Below are positions 26,544 to 37,266 of a DNA stretch of 64,000 nt, in pieces (within the stretch, counting starts at the first letter, position 1; every line of letters starts with the position of its first letter). Below the pieces are notes generated by a model, which was not told the DNA's origin, did not search any database, and saw nothing but the letters and a program-made list of their open reading frames with translations. Position numbers and translations under genes: made by a program. Origin of the DNA: Bacteroidota bacterium (lineage in GTDB: Bacteria; Bacteroidota; Ignavibacteria; Palsa-1295); NCBI GenBank assembly GCA_030706385.1, contig JAUZOQ010000004.1, forward strand, positions 6,171 to 70,170, written 5' to 3'.

Positions 26544-28202
26544 TCAAGGAGCGACTAACACAAATTTTTGAGTGAGGACGTCATGTAGGGAGGTCATTCG
26601 AATTAGATAACAGCCCGAGGGAATTCCATCGAGCTCGAACAGTCGGGAATGTGCGCCCGCCTGCGAGGGAAAACCTGCCAAGTGCCGTACGAGTATCCCT
26701 GAGAGATCAACGAGATCAAAAGTCACGTCACAATGGTCAGGCAGATAGTAATTAAGCGAAATTGTTTTTGATCGTGATGGATTGGGATACGGGATGTAAA
26801 GAGAGGCATGTGATGAATGGAGAGTAACTGGCATTCCAACTGCACTTGTTCCTTGTTTTGGGAAATTCACGAATACGAAAACGTCTGCGTCACCCGCGCC
26901 CTCACGATTCTGAGTCCAGGTGGCTGCGTAAACGCTGTCAAACGCATCACTCGTCGTATGATCCCCTATGTACGGCGCCGTGCTATCAGTCTTCTCTACC
27001 ACTAGCGGATTAAATGCAGCATTGATCATTTCAGGCTGGTCGCTAAGAGTATTACTCAACCGAATGCGATAAGGTGCAGTCAGGATATTACCCGGATCAG
27101 CTTCCGATGAATAGTAGAGTGCGTATGCCACCCCTGTCTTTTGATCGACACTCACCCAAGGATCGAAACGGTCAAATCCATCAAGCGAGCCGATGAACTG
27201 CGGTGTAGACCAATCCTGTCCGTTATTCTCCGAATATACGTACTGCAATATGGCAGCGCCTCCCTGGAAATCACCATAGATCGCATGTATGCGACCGCTT
27301 GAAAGATCAACATCAAGAGTGAAATACGGGAATGCAGCAAATCCTTGGCTTCCCTTCAGTCCGGTATACCCTGAATCCGGGCCAAATGTGAATTGAGGGT
27401 AGCTGTTGAAAGTAAAGGGCAGTAGCGGAGTAGTGAATGTTGATCCCCCATCGGCGGAAACAAACAACTCATGCCCAATACCCAATGAATCTGTACATGT
27501 AACATATACTTCGCCGTGCTTTCCGGTTTTGCATGTCTGGTAGTCATCACTTACTCCGAGGAATTTCGGTGTACTCCACCTCTTGCCCTGATCGTCGCTC
27601 CAAGCAATCATAACTCCCTCTTCGAGAAACATCAGCGGATCCGAATAGTATTGATTCCACACCGCATAGACTCTTCCGTTGTGAGAACTGGCAGTTGAAT
27701 TATCTGCCACTATGAATACGCCATCCGGATGGCCGGAAGTCGTAATGGAGTTGTCAGGAGGTGTCACATTCTTCCATGTTGTGCCATCGGCCGAAAATGC
27801 GACACTGACTCTGCCACCGGAGTCTACCCCATCATTTGTTATGTAAGCATAATAAAAATCTCCATTATTGTCTGCCGCAATTGAAGGTTCACCATAGATA
27901 TAGAGATCCGGATTAACAGGAAGTGGAAGTCTGGACATTGCCCATGAGCGGCCTCTATCCGTGGAAGCATAAACAAGCATTCCATGAGTATCCATGTCAT
28001 CAAAATCGGATGCTGCCCCGACAACAATGACGTTCTTGTTCTTACGACTTATCGAGACAGCGGCGTTATCCTGATTCAACGGAGCATTTGAAATGTCAAC
28101 GACGAGAGTACTATCGGTTTGGGAAGTTTGTGCGGAAATGCGAGGTGAAAGAAATGCCAGAAGAACAAAAACGAAATAGAATTTTTTCATATCGGTAATC
28201 AA
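26544..28202 (-). CDS. BNR/Asp-box repeat beta-propeller secreted protein with T9SS C-terminal sorting domain (paralog of 12064..13965)
   Basis: Signal peptide. Asp-box repeats (STDRGRSW, SADGTTWK, SDDQGKRWS, SADGGSTF, SENNGQDWS). Shared block YIGDHTTSDAFDSVYAATWTQNR vs FIGDYIGSDAIDTVYAAAWTENR. T9SS-like CTD. Confidence 0.7.
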   Translation of the reverse strand: MITDMKKFYFVFVLLAFLSPRISAQTSQTDSTLVVDISNAPLNQDNAAVSISRKNKNVIVVGAASDFDDMDTHGMLVYASTDRGRSWAMSRLPLPVNPDLYIYGEPSIAADNNGDFYYAYITNDGVDSGGRVSVAFSADGTTWKNVTPPDNSITTSGHPDGVFIVADNSTASSHNGRVYAVWNQYYSDPLMFLEEGVMIAWSDDQGKRWSTPKFLGVSDDYQTCKTGKHGEVYVTCTDSLGIGHELFVSADGGSTFTTPLLPFTFNSYPQFTFGPDSGYTGLKGSQGFAAFPYFTLDVDLSSGRIHAIYGDFQGGAAILQYVYSENNGQDWSTPQFIGSLDGFDRFDPWVSVDQKTGVAYALYYSSEADPGNILTAPYRIRLSNTLSDQPEMINAAFNPLVVEKTDSTAPYIGDHTTSDAFDSVYAATWTQNREGAGDADVFVFVNFPKQGTSAVGMPVTLHSSHASLYIPYPNPSRSKTISLNYYLPDHCDVTFDLVDLSGILVRHLAGFPSQAGAHSRLFELDGIPSGCYLIRMTSLHDVLTQKFVLVAP

Positions 28203-28337
28203 CGAAAGTGGTATGGAATTCGAGCTCGGGGTGAAAGAGGCAATTTATTAACAAGATCCACAGGAAAAAATTCTTCTCAGCATACCCTCACAAGGCCACT
28301 TGTCAGTTTCATAGCGATTGAAAACCTACGAACCTCG

Positions 28338-29279
28338 CTATTCCGGAAATGGAATCGGATGGTTAACCAGATAACGAAGAAAAAAATCTGCAGTCAGATC
28401 AATAGCTTTCTCCAAAGCTGAAGTACTCCCTTTAAAAGGATGTTCAGCGCCAAATGTATGTCCAGTATTCTGAATAATATCCAATTCAGCGAACCGTTTC
28501 GAAGCTTCGCCATAGATGCTCTCTGATTCCTCAGGCTTCGCAGTCAGATCCTCACTTCCAACAACGACTAACAGTCCCTTCTCTTGTGATGTCAGTTTCT
28601 TTGCAGATGCGGGGATATTGAACTTATCCTTGTTTACCTCTATATCCTCAAGGAGTGAAAGGTTCAACCGCATGCTTTGTCCGGTGCGGGCATTCTGAAT
28701 TTCTGCATATCCTTGTGAGCGCCACTCCTGCCTTTGGCGCGCTGTATAACGATCAAAATGGCTAACTGGCGCCCAGGCTGCAACAGCTCGGACCAGCCTT
28801 TGACGGACGCCCGCCAAGATCGCGATCGATGCTCCCCGCGAATGCCCGTGTAATCCGATTGCATCCGAATTAACTTCTTCGGCTGCAATTGGGATGTTAT
28901 CGAGCGAAATGAGTTGGTCTATGACATCGCTTAATTCCTCAAGTTCACGAGAAAAGGTATTTTCCGCGAAACGATCAAGTTCACTGAATGTCAATAGATC
29001 CTCACCTACACCATTATGGGAAAAATTAAATGCTACGCTCACAAATCCGCGAGCTGCAATCTGGTCGCAAATATTTGGGAACGGACCCCAATCTTTGAAT
29101 CCTTTGAATCCGTGTATGAAAATGATGATGGGCTTCCTTCGTCCATTCGACACATATCGGAGGTCTGCTCGGAGTTTTTCACCTTCACGTGACCGCAGAA
29201 CGAATTTCTCATGAATCATAGGTATTTCCAATCGGATTAGTCGTTGAGCATACGTCCCGGGCAGTACTCTTAATCTCAC
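28338..29279 (-). CDS. Alpha/beta-hydrolase fold esterase/peptidase (dienelactone hydrolase/S9-like)
   Basis: IIFIHGFKG oxyanion region and GHSRGA nucleophile elbow (G-x-S-x-G). Confidence 0.65.
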   Translation of the reverse strand: MRLRVLPGTYAQRLIRLEIPMIHEKFVLRSREGEKLRADLRYVSNGRRKPIIIFIHGFKGFKDWGPFPNICDQIAARGFVSVAFNFSHNGVGEDLLTFSELDRFAENTFSRELEELSDVIDQLISLDNIPIAAEEVNSDAIGLHGHSRGASIAILAGVRQRLVRAVAAWAPVSHFDRYTARQRQEWRSQGYAEIQNARTGQSMRLNLSLLEDIEVNKDKFNIPASAKKLTSQEKGLLVVVGSEDLTAKPEESESIYGEASKRFAELDIIQNTGHTFGAEHPFKGSTSALEKAIDLTADFFLRYLVNHPIPFPE

Positions 29280-29359
29280 TTGGGAGCATAAAAGCTGGTG
29301 TGCGGCGCATTTTTATCGTAATTTTGTAAACTTAACATTTTATTATTTCCACGAATTCA

Positions 29360-30880
29360 ATGAAAATCAACGTACAAAAAGCTAATTGGAAGACATTTCG
29401 GACGGATTCTGTCGTATTTTTTCAACCCGAAGACAAGAAATGGCTCGAAAATTCCTTGCAATATTATGGCAAGAATACCCCGCTCCACGGGCAGGCCTCT
29501 CAGATGATTGCTAGCGGAGATATGTCGGGCAAGAAAGACGAGCAGATCGTTCTCTATCCGGCATCCGGTGAAGTCACGCCGAAGCGTATTGTACTGATTG
29601 GACTCGGGAAGCCAGATAAGATCTCACTTGAGCAAGTCCGCCGCGCAGCTGCCAGAGCAGTAAAGAAAGCCCAGACGCTGAAATCTAAGACGATCGCAAT
29701 GTACCTCCCGCGAGTCGGGAAGAACTCAGGAGAAATTGTCGCGGCAGCAGCAGTAGAAGGTATCCTCTTGGGCCTTTATAAGTTTGATCGCTTTTTCAAG
29801 AAGGAGGAGCCGGTGACTCCAATCGAGACGATCACATTCTTGACCGACGATGGAAAAATATTCGGTTCTACAGTCGCCCAAGTTGCAAAAGCAGTTCAGC
29901 GTGCAGAGCTAATTTCTCAGGCAACAATATTTGCCAGGGATATGGAGAATGAGCCTTCGAATAATAAATTTCCGGAGACGCTTGCCAAATGGGCCAGTGA
30001 AGCGGGTCGGAAAAGTGGATTCAAAGTGACAGCATTCGGGCCTGCCGAACTTCGAAAAAATAAGATGGTGGGCATTCTCGCTGTCAACCAAGGAAGTGTT
30101 AAGGAAGCTCGATTTATCATAATGGAGTATAAAGGCTCCAAGAAAGCAGACTCCAAACCAATTGTGTTAGTTGGAAAAGGTATCACGTTCGATACTGGCG
30201 GTATCTCGATCAAACCTGCGGCCGGTATGGGTGACATGAAAAGTGATATGTCTGGTGCTGCGACTGTGATCGCTACGCTAAAGGCGGTTGCGGAGTTGAA
30301 ACTTCCTATTAACGTTATTGGCTTGGTTTCAAGTGCTGAGAACATGCCTTCCGGTAGCGCCACCAGACCCGGCGATATCATCACCTATGCGAATGGACTC
30401 TCTGCTGAAATCGACAATACGGATGCCGAGGGTAGACTCGTACTCGCTGATGCCCTTATCTGGGCTCAAAAGTATAACCCAAAGTCCGTCATCGACCTTG
30501 CGACGTTGACAGGAGCTTGCGTGGTTGCGCTAGGCCATGTCACGACAGGAATGATGGGAACAGACGAAGCGATGAAAAAACAGCTCAAGAAGATTGGTGA
30601 TGAGGTCTACGAGCGTGTATGCGAACTTCCGATCTATGAGGAATATGAAGAGCTTATCAAATCTGATGTTGCTGATATCAAGAATGTCGGCGGCAGATGG
30701 GCGGGTGCGATTACGGCTGCACTCTTCCTGAAGAGATTCACCGATTACCCCTGGATCCATCTTGACATCGCAGGAACGGCCAGGAGTGAGGCAGCCTCAG
30801 ACTATATACCCAAAGGCGGTACCGGCGTTGCCGTACGTCTGCTGACTCACATGCTCATTGAAGAGTCAGGAAAAAAGTAA
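29360..30880 (+). CDS. pepA: Leucyl aminopeptidase (M17 family)
   Basis: M17 signature NTDAEGRLVLADAL and the metal-ligand region. 506 aa. Confidence 0.9.
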   Translation: MKINVQKANWKTFRTDSVVFFQPEDKKWLENSLQYYGKNTPLHGQASQMIASGDMSGKKDEQIVLYPASGEVTPKRIVLIGLGKPDKISLEQVRRAAARAVKKAQTLKSKTIAMYLPRVGKNSGEIVAAAAVEGILLGLYKFDRFFKKEEPVTPIETITFLTDDGKIFGSTVAQVAKAVQRAELISQATIFARDMENEPSNNKFPETLAKWASEAGRKSGFKVTAFGPAELRKNKMVGILAVNQGSVKEARFIIMEYKGSKKADSKPIVLVGKGITFDTGGISIKPAAGMGDMKSDMSGAATVIATLKAVAELKLPINVIGLVSSAENMPSGSATRPGDIITYANGLSAEIDNTDAEGRLVLADALIWAQKYNPKSVIDLATLTGACVVALGHVTTGMMGTDEAMKKQLKKIGDEVYERVCELPIYEEYEELIKSDVADIKNVGGRWAGAITAALFLKRFTDYPWIHLDIAGTARSEAASDYIPKGGTGVAVRLLTHMLIEESGKK

Positions 30881-30901
30881 AACCTGAAAGTACTTTCTAA
30901 A

Positions 30902-30928
30902 GGGTCGGAATATCCGACCCTTTTTTTT
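30902..30928 (+). terminator. Rho-independent terminator after pepA
   Basis: gggtcgg-aatat-ccgaccc hairpin followed by TTTTTTTT. Confidence 0.7.
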
Positions 30929-33900
30929 ATCCTTTTTTCATGAGATCCTTTTCGTGCTGCTCATCAAGCTCCTTCTGATGACGCTTCTCTTCAAGTTCTT
31001 CAATTTCCATCGCCACAGCAAGTTCATTTGCTTTGGATCGGAGTTCAATCTGGTAATAGAGAGCCGGCATAACGATCAGCGTGAGGACCATGGCGCTTGC
31101 AAGCCCACCCACAATGACCGTTGCCAACGGCCGTTGAACATCCGAGCCAATTCCGGAAGCGAGCGAAGCCGGGATCAATCCCAATAGTGCCACAAGCATC
31201 ATCATCATGATCGGCCGTAATTCTTCGGCAGATCCTCTCATGACTGCATCCTTCAAATTGAGTTTTTCATGAATTCGGAGGTGATTAAAACGACTCACCA
31301 AAAGGACTCCAGACATCACTGCGACACCGAAAAGGGAAATGAATCCTACTCCGCTCGACACAGAAATATTGATGCCACGAATCCATAATGCTAGTATGCC
31401 TCCAACAAGCGCTAGTGGAACGTTCACCAATACAATCAGTGCATATTTGGCGGACTTAAATGTCATAAAGAGCAGAGAAAAAATCAGAAAGAGCGTAATT
31501 GGCAGTATTACCTGTAGATGTTTCTTAGCACGACTCAGATTCTCGAACTGCCCTCCCCAGTCAATACTATAACCTTGCGGCAGATGGATCAGGGATGCTA
31601 TCTTCTTTTGCGCTTCATCCACAAACGATCCCTGGTCACGCCCGCGAACATTGGTACGGACTCCGACTTGTCTATGTCCGTCCTCGCGTGCGATGATCGT
31701 AGCGCCATCCTCAATTCCGATATCGGCTAGCTCAGAAAGTGGTATCCGTTGACCACTCGGTGAGGTTACCTCTAAGTGAAGGACTTCGTCAACAGTTGAT
31801 CGGGTATTCGCTTGGTAACGAACAATGATATCGAATTTGCGCTCGCCTTCATAGAGATTTGAAACTGGCTTCCCGGCGACTGCAAGTTCGATCACGTCTT
31901 CGATGTCCCTGACGTTGATTCCATATCGTGCCGCAGATTGCCTGTTCACTTTTATCCGCAGTTGAGCTTGGTCACCTTCTTCTTCAATCCCGCAATCGGT
32001 AGCCCCGTTAATAGTCCTTATGGATTGATAGATTGTATCAGCATATTTGCGAAGTTTGGACAAGTCGTTGCCATTGACAAGAATGGCCAAATCCGCAGAT
32101 GATCCTGTGACCGCCTCAGTGACATTATCGAGGATAGGTTGAGAAAAACTAAAAAGCGCACCTTGTATCTTCGACTCTAACGACGCTTTGATATTTTCGA
32201 TCAGCAGATGTTTATCGATTCCGGAAGGCCACGAACTATATGGAGTCAATTCGACATGGGTTTCAATTCTGTTCGGTCCATAGGGATCTGTCCCATCGTC
32301 ATTGCGTCCCAACTGGGTAATCACTGCTCGAACCTCGGGATAATTACCGACAGCTTCTCTAATCAAGGGCGGATAATTTGCCGCCTCTGCAAGTGAAATT
32401 CCCGCGGGAAGAACGGTGCGGATCACGATCGCCCCTTCATCGAGTTCGGGCAAGAACTCTGTTCCAAGTTTCAAGCCGAGATAAAGCGCGCCGATGACGA
32501 CGAGAAGCCCTATCGCCAGTGTAGATTTTCTTTTTGAGATGAGGACCACGATCAGTCGGTCATATAGTCTCTGCACTCCGCTAAAGATAGGGTTTTTCCA
32601 CTCACTCACCTTTCCAGACTTGAAAAAGTAGGTTGCGAGTACTGGAACAAGTGTCAGGGCTAGTAGTAATGAACCTGCAATTGCAAAGCTTAGAGTATAG
32701 GCCATCGGTGAGAACAATTTTCCTTCGACACGAGTCAATGTGAAGAGAGGTAAATAAGCAAGGATGATTATGATGACTGAAAAAAATATTTGCCTATCAA
32801 CGTCTTGAGTTGCTTCGATAATGAGACGCAACTTCCCCTTCTCGTGATGCTCTTCCGGAGAACTCTTGACGAGTCGGCGCATGATCGATTCGATCATGAT
32901 CACCGCACCATCTACAATGATTCCAAAATCGATAGCACCCAGCGATAGCAGATTCGCCGGAATTCCCGTCATTTTCATAACAATGAAGGCCCAAAGAAGA
33001 GACAGTGGAATTGTCACTGCTGCAAGCAACGCTGCTCGGACATTCCCGAGAAAAAATAATAAGATTATCACAACGATCGTTACTCCCTCAATGAGTGTAT
33101 GACTGACGGTGTGAAGGGTTTGTTCAACAAGTTCTGTTCGATCGTATAGAGTGATCATCTCTACTCCGGATGGGAGCGAGGCCTTGACTTCCTCGATCTT
33201 TTCCTTAAGTCCCTCAATGACTTCAGAAGGATTCTCCCCCCTTCGCATTAGTACCAATCCTTGTACTCCGTTAGATACATCCTTTTTGCGTGAGTTATCA
33301 CTATAGCCAAGAACTCCTGACGGCGTCAGAGAAGTAATTTCGATCGTGCCCACATCTCGAATGTAGGTTGCCGTGCCAGTTGTAGAACTGGTCTGCAATA
33401 CAATATCGCCGATGTCTTCAGGTTTCTCGATTCTGCCGATACCACGTATTGCCAATCCCTGACTCCCTCGCTCAATAATATTCCCTCCAGTGTTAGCATT
33501 ATTCGCCTGAATAGCATTCTGAACGGCGTTGATCGTAAGACCATATTTGCGCAATCGGATAGGATCGATCACAACGCTGTATTGCTTGACTAGGCCTCCG
33601 AAATTCACAATATCGGCAATGCCCTTCGCTTGTAGGAGCTTCGGGATGACCACCCAATCTTGCAGAGTGCGCAGATCCATTGCCGAAAAATCTGTCTTGC
33701 TTTCGAGAACGTATCGAAAGATCTCACCCACAGGAGTCGATAGCGGCGCAAGTTCCGGAGTGAGGCCATCCGGAATATCTGCATCACGAAGTTTCTCGAT
33801 TACCTGCTGACGAGCGAAGTAGTCATCGGTTCCTTCATCGAAAGTCAATCGAACGATCGAGAGTCCAAAAATTGTCCGCGACCTTCGGTTTACTACTCGA

Positions 33901-34130
33901 GGTACGGAGTTGAGCGCACGCTCCAGAGGTATTGTCACCTGAGATTCGACCTCTGCAGCAGCTCTCCCGGGATACTTAGTGATCACATCAACTTCGGTGT
34001 CGGCTACATCGGGATAGGCTTCGATCTTCAAAGTGAGATAAGCCGCGATTCCCCCGACAATAATCAGTAAGCCGAACAATACGGTGAGCATTCGCTGCCT
34101 TAAAGCAAAATGGACGAGTTTACGAATCAT
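30927..34130 (-). CDS. czcA: Heavy-metal efflux RND transporter permease (CzcA/CusA family)
   Basis: 1067 aa with 12-TM RND architecture and HME-type N-terminus MIRKLVHFALRQRMLTVLFGLLIIVGGIAAYLTLKIEAYPDV. Confidence 0.9.
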   Translation of the reverse strand: MIRKLVHFALRQRMLTVLFGLLIIVGGIAAYLTLKIEAYPDVADTEVDVITKYPGRAAAEVESQVTIPLERALNSVPRVVNRRSRTIFGLSIVRLTFDEGTDDYFARQQVIEKLRDADIPDGLTPELAPLSTPVGEIFRYVLESKTDFSAMDLRTLQDWVVIPKLLQAKGIADIVNFGGLVKQYSVVIDPIRLRKYGLTINAVQNAIQANNANTGGNIIERGSQGLAIRGIGRIEKPEDIGDIVLQTSSTTGTATYIRDVGTIEITSLTPSGVLGYSDNSRKKDVSNGVQGLVLMRRGENPSEVIEGLKEKIEEVKASLPSGVEMITLYDRTELVEQTLHTVSHTLIEGVTIVVIILLFFLGNVRAALLAAVTIPLSLLWAFIVMKMTGIPANLLSLGAIDFGIIVDGAVIMIESIMRRLVKSSPEEHHEKGKLRLIIEATQDVDRQIFFSVIIIILAYLPLFTLTRVEGKLFSPMAYTLSFAIAGSLLLALTLVPVLATYFFKSGKVSEWKNPIFSGVQRLYDRLIVVLISKRKSTLAIGLLVVIGALYLGLKLGTEFLPELDEGAIVIRTVLPAGISLAEAANYPPLIREAVGNYPEVRAVITQLGRNDDGTDPYGPNRIETHVELTPYSSWPSGIDKHLLIENIKASLESKIQGALFSFSQPILDNVTEAVTGSSADLAILVNGNDLSKLRKYADTIYQSIRTINGATDCGIEEEGDQAQLRIKVNRQSAARYGINVRDIEDVIELAVAGKPVSNLYEGERKFDIIVRYQANTRSTVDEVLHLEVTSPSGQRIPLSELADIGIEDGATIIAREDGHRQVGVRTNVRGRDQGSFVDEAQKKIASLIHLPQGYSIDWGGQFENLSRAKKHLQVILPITLFLIFSLLFMTFKSAKYALIVLVNVPLALVGGILALWIRGINISVSSGVGFISLFGVAVMSGVLLVSRFNHLRIHEKLNLKDAVMRGSAEELRPIMMMMLVALLGLIPASLASGIGSDVQRPLATVIVGGLASAMVLTLIVMPALYYQIELRSKANELAVAMEIEELEEKRHQKELDEQHEKDLMKKG

Positions 34131-34181
34131 GGATTCAAATTAATATTGGATGTTCTGAAGGAAATTCATTCCCGCTTGCAA

Positions 34182-35186
34182 TTAAGAGCCGAAACTCAAA
34201 CCCTTTAGGAGAATCGCTCCTCGAGTCACTACCGGCTCTCCCTGGGACAAGCCTGAAAGCACGACAAATGAATTCCCGGTTTGAGAGCCCAGAAAAACCT
34301 CGCGGCGTACAAAGACGCCATTGGTCTTCTTTATGAACACATAGGATTTCCCCTGTACCGAAATTACTGCCTCTGCAGGAACCACGAACCTTCTTGCTAT
34401 ATCAACTCCGAAGGAGGCTTTAGCGAACATCCCCGGACGGAGAGTATATTTTTTTTCAGAAAGATTAATTCGGACATTGAATGTGCGTGTAGATGGATCC
34501 AGCGCTTTTCCAATATCGATGACCTTTCCATGCATGATCTCTCCTCTGTATGCATCGAACTCGATTTGCGAATCTTCACCAAGTTGCACGTTTGAGATCT
34601 CTGCTTCAGGTACATTGGCAATCAAGAGTGACGTGTTGGCCGGTAGCCGCGTAAGTTCATTCGGCGAGAGTCCGGCAGCAAGCAATCGAGACTTCAAGCC
34701 TGTTAGCGCAACTTCTGTTGTGCGTAAATCACTTTCCGCTTGGATCACTTCTTTTCCCGCTACCGCATTATGAGCAAACAGGTCCTTCAGCCGCTCCACT
34801 TCGCGTTTTCCACGTGCTTGATCATTGAGAGATTTGCTGTAATCGGTAAAGAGTTGTGTAAGATCGGCATTCTCAAAAATTGGAACTGGGACACCATCGG
34901 CGGCTTCAGTAGTACTGAAAACAATCCGCGCAGGGCTTGTCGTCGTAACGGAAACATTTCTTGTCGAAGCGGAGTCGATCTCAAATAGATGGGCCGAAGA
35001 GTCGAGGGCAGAAAAGGTGATCTCTTCCCCGCCGGCAGTGACCTTCGGTGCTGCAAGTCGTGCGGTAGTTACGGTATCGTTGCTCTTTTGCGGTTTTGGT
35101 GTTTCAGTGGCCGAGCAACCCATTAGCGCAACGATCGAGAAATAATGAACGGTTAGAATCGCTCTTTTTAGTTTATTGAACAGCAT
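34182..35186 (-). CDS. czcB: Efflux RND periplasmic adaptor subunit (CzcB/HlyD family)
   Basis: Start chosen at MLFNKLKRAILTVHYFSIVALMGCSA (lipoprotein signal), 8 nt after the TolC stop. The ORF-track start at 35384 would overlap the TolC gene by about 200 nt. Beta-barrel/lipoyl/MP domains typical of adaptors. Confidence 0.75.
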   Translation of the reverse strand: MLFNKLKRAILTVHYFSIVALMGCSATETPKPQKSNDTVTTARLAAPKVTAGGEEITFSALDSSAHLFEIDSASTRNVSVTTTSPARIVFSTTEAADGVPVPIFENADLTQLFTDYSKSLNDQARGKREVERLKDLFAHNAVAGKEVIQAESDLRTTEVALTGLKSRLLAAGLSPNELTRLPANTSLLIANVPEAEISNVQLGEDSQIEFDAYRGEIMHGKVIDIGKALDPSTRTFNVRINLSEKKYTLRPGMFAKASFGVDIARRFVVPAEAVISVQGKSYVFIKKTNGVFVRREVFLGSQTGNSFVVLSGLSQGEPVVTRGAILLKGLSFGS

Positions 35187-36474
35187 AAAGTATGTCCTTT
35201 CCAATGAGATAATCCAAAGTAATAAGGCTTTTGGCGTATGCCTCCAAAGCATCGACAAACAGTTGGTGAAGTTCATTTTCAGTACGGATCGCATCAAGAA
35301 AATCAATAAGCGAGGTACTTCCCCGTCGATACGAATACTCGACAGATATTCTGACGGACTTTGATTTCTGGATAATGTTATCACGGAGCTTCACGAGCGA
35401 CAAGCGTTTCGTGTTCGCATCGGAAAGGGCACTGGCGATCTCGGCCCGAAGTTGCAGAATCGCAGCGTTCGTTTGTGTTTGTGCTTCCGACGAAAGTGCT
35501 TCTGCCTTCTCAATTTCACCTTGATGGCGATCGAAAAACGGGAGCGGAGCTGAGAAACTCGCTCCCCAAAACGTAGTGCCCTGCTGCCGGTTCGCATCGA
35601 GAGAAACAGTGAGATCGATCGCGGCTAGCGACTTCTGCAACTCCAGCTGGGCTTTGGATGCCTCCTCGGCTTTTGCAAGTGCCCTAATATCACTTCGCTG
35701 TGCTAATGCAATGCTCATCAAGCTATCCATAGCCGGAAGCAGCACATCTGCTTTCAATGTCAGAGTCGATAGTAAGGTAGTATCAGGTTGAATCAAGATT
35801 GATTCATTTTGTATTTTGCGCCCAAGGAGCATTGACAGTGAGGTTGCGACGGCCCTGCTTTGTTCTTGGGAGGCCATTGCTTCCAAAGAAATTTTTTCTC
35901 GTTCCACTTCGGTTCGAGTCAGATCAACTTCTGCGATTTCCTGACCTGCGACGCGGATCCGATCAAGACTCACCAGCGAATCAAAGAGTGCCAAATTCTC
36001 TTCAGCCACGGCAGCCTTCTCCAAGGCAGTCACGAGGTCGAGGTATGATGCCTTAACAGCATATACCGTTTGCCGTATAGCGTCCTCATACCGAAGTTCG
36101 GATAAATCATGCTGAAGGTGCGCATATTTTAGCCTTGCTTCTCGCTTCCCACCTAGTTCGAACGGTAGCGAAAGCGAGGCTCCGTAATATTTATCTGCAG
36201 GCCCCAATCCGTTAGAGGGCAGAATGTCGCCGATAAGTGTCAAATTTGGGTTTGGGCGTAACCCTGCAGTTGAAATATCTCCCTCAGCGGCGGAGATTTC
36301 GTACTCTATGGCCTTGAGACTAACATTGTGCGTTACAGCCTCATCTATTGCGGTCTTGAGACCAAGCCTTTCGATAACTTGAGCGTAACATCGATCCAAG
36401 GGCAGGGGGAATGAGGTGATGAGAATTAACAGCCACCGAACCAGGTGAAATTTTAAAGTAGTTCTTACATACAT
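35173..36474 (-). CDS. TolC-family outer-membrane efflux protein (CzcC-like)
   Basis: Signal peptide. Two ~200-aa internal repeats of coiled-coil/beta-barrel type. Position is first in the RND operon. Confidence 0.8.
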   Translation of the reverse strand: MYVRTTLKFHLVRWLLILITSFPLPLDRCYAQVIERLGLKTAIDEAVTHNVSLKAIEYEISAAEGDISTAGLRPNPNLTLIGDILPSNGLGPADKYYGASLSLPFELGGKREARLKYAHLQHDLSELRYEDAIRQTVYAVKASYLDLVTALEKAAVAEENLALFDSLVSLDRIRVAGQEIAEVDLTRTEVEREKISLEAMASQEQSRAVATSLSMLLGRKIQNESILIQPDTTLLSTLTLKADVLLPAMDSLMSIALAQRSDIRALAKAEEASKAQLELQKSLAAIDLTVSLDANRQQGTTFWGASFSAPLPFFDRHQGEIEKAEALSSEAQTQTNAAILQLRAEIASALSDANTKRLSLVKLRDNIIQKSKSVRISVEYSYRRGSTSLIDFLDAIRTENELHQLFVDALEAYAKSLITLDYLIGKDILYAVQ

Positions 36475-36600
36475 ATAACAGCAATACGATTATTCGAGCA
36501 TGAATGAATCAAGAGATGGCCTGCTTTTCAAGCAGTTACTCCATTTACTAATTGATTAAGGAGAATTAGGGCAGCATGGACTGCACTCGAAGGACCCGGC

Positions 36601-37089
36601 TCAAATAAGAATTCGCTGGTAACTTATAATACGATCCAGGACGGGTATAGCATCGAAGGAAAGTTCGTTGGACTCCGGACGTGGCAAAGTACTTCTCTCG
36701 CCAATCGATGAGGATAGGATTGCATCGGCAATTCCGGGGCTATCTTCATCTTCGGCAACAACATTCTTCACGCGGTTGCCATCTGCAATACGACGGTGAT
36801 CTCGAGAACTGAATTTTTGAAATTGACTAGTTCGAACCGAGGCGTCGAATGAAGAGATATGATGCACTGAACCGGTATCGAAAAGTGAATCAGAGATCGA
36901 GGGATCATCAACGAAGGTGATACTGCCTTTTACGGAAGCGCAAAGGACATCGATATTAACCGTATCGCACGTAAAAACACCCAGATAGAGCAAGAATATG
37001 ACCTTGCCGCAAAAACGGATGAGCCTCATCGAGCGCGTAGCGCTGCTGAGTTGATGTCCGTCCGATATCAATCTGAAGTATTGAAACAT
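36601..37089 (-). CDS. Hypothetical protein upstream of the czc-like operon
   Basis: 162-aa ORF filling an otherwise 790-nt non-coding gap. Possible signal at internal Met (MRLIRFCGKVIFLLYLGVFTC). No recognisable domain. Confidence 0.3.
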   Translation of the reverse strand: MFQYFRLISDGHQLSSATRSMRLIRFCGKVIFLLYLGVFTCDTVNIDVLCASVKGSITFVDDPSISDSLFDTGSVHHISSFDASVRTSQFQKFSSRDHRRIADGNRVKNVVAEDEDSPGIADAILSSSIGERSTLPRPESNELSFDAIPVLDRIISYQRILI

Positions 37090-37266
37090 GATTCACCTCT
37101 ATTTACAAAAAAAAGTAAAAAAAGTTTCAGGGCCCTCTACCAAACGTCCCTGGAATTTGCCAGAAACTAAGAGGATAAATTTGGGATGGTACGAAATTCA
37201 ACGCCGTATATTCGTGTTCTAATCAATTCGTATTCGCATAGTATTTATTTTACCAGTGCATTCCCT

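Noticed and set aside
29917-30384. 155-aa minus-strand ORF
   Set aside because: Antisense to pepA (M17 peptidase), which has the unambiguous NTDAEGRL signature.
34182-35384. Long N-terminal extension of the RND adaptor ORF (track start 35384)
   Set aside because: The extension overlaps the TolC gene by about 200 nt in another frame. The lipoprotein signal begins at the Met at 35186, which is taken as the true start.
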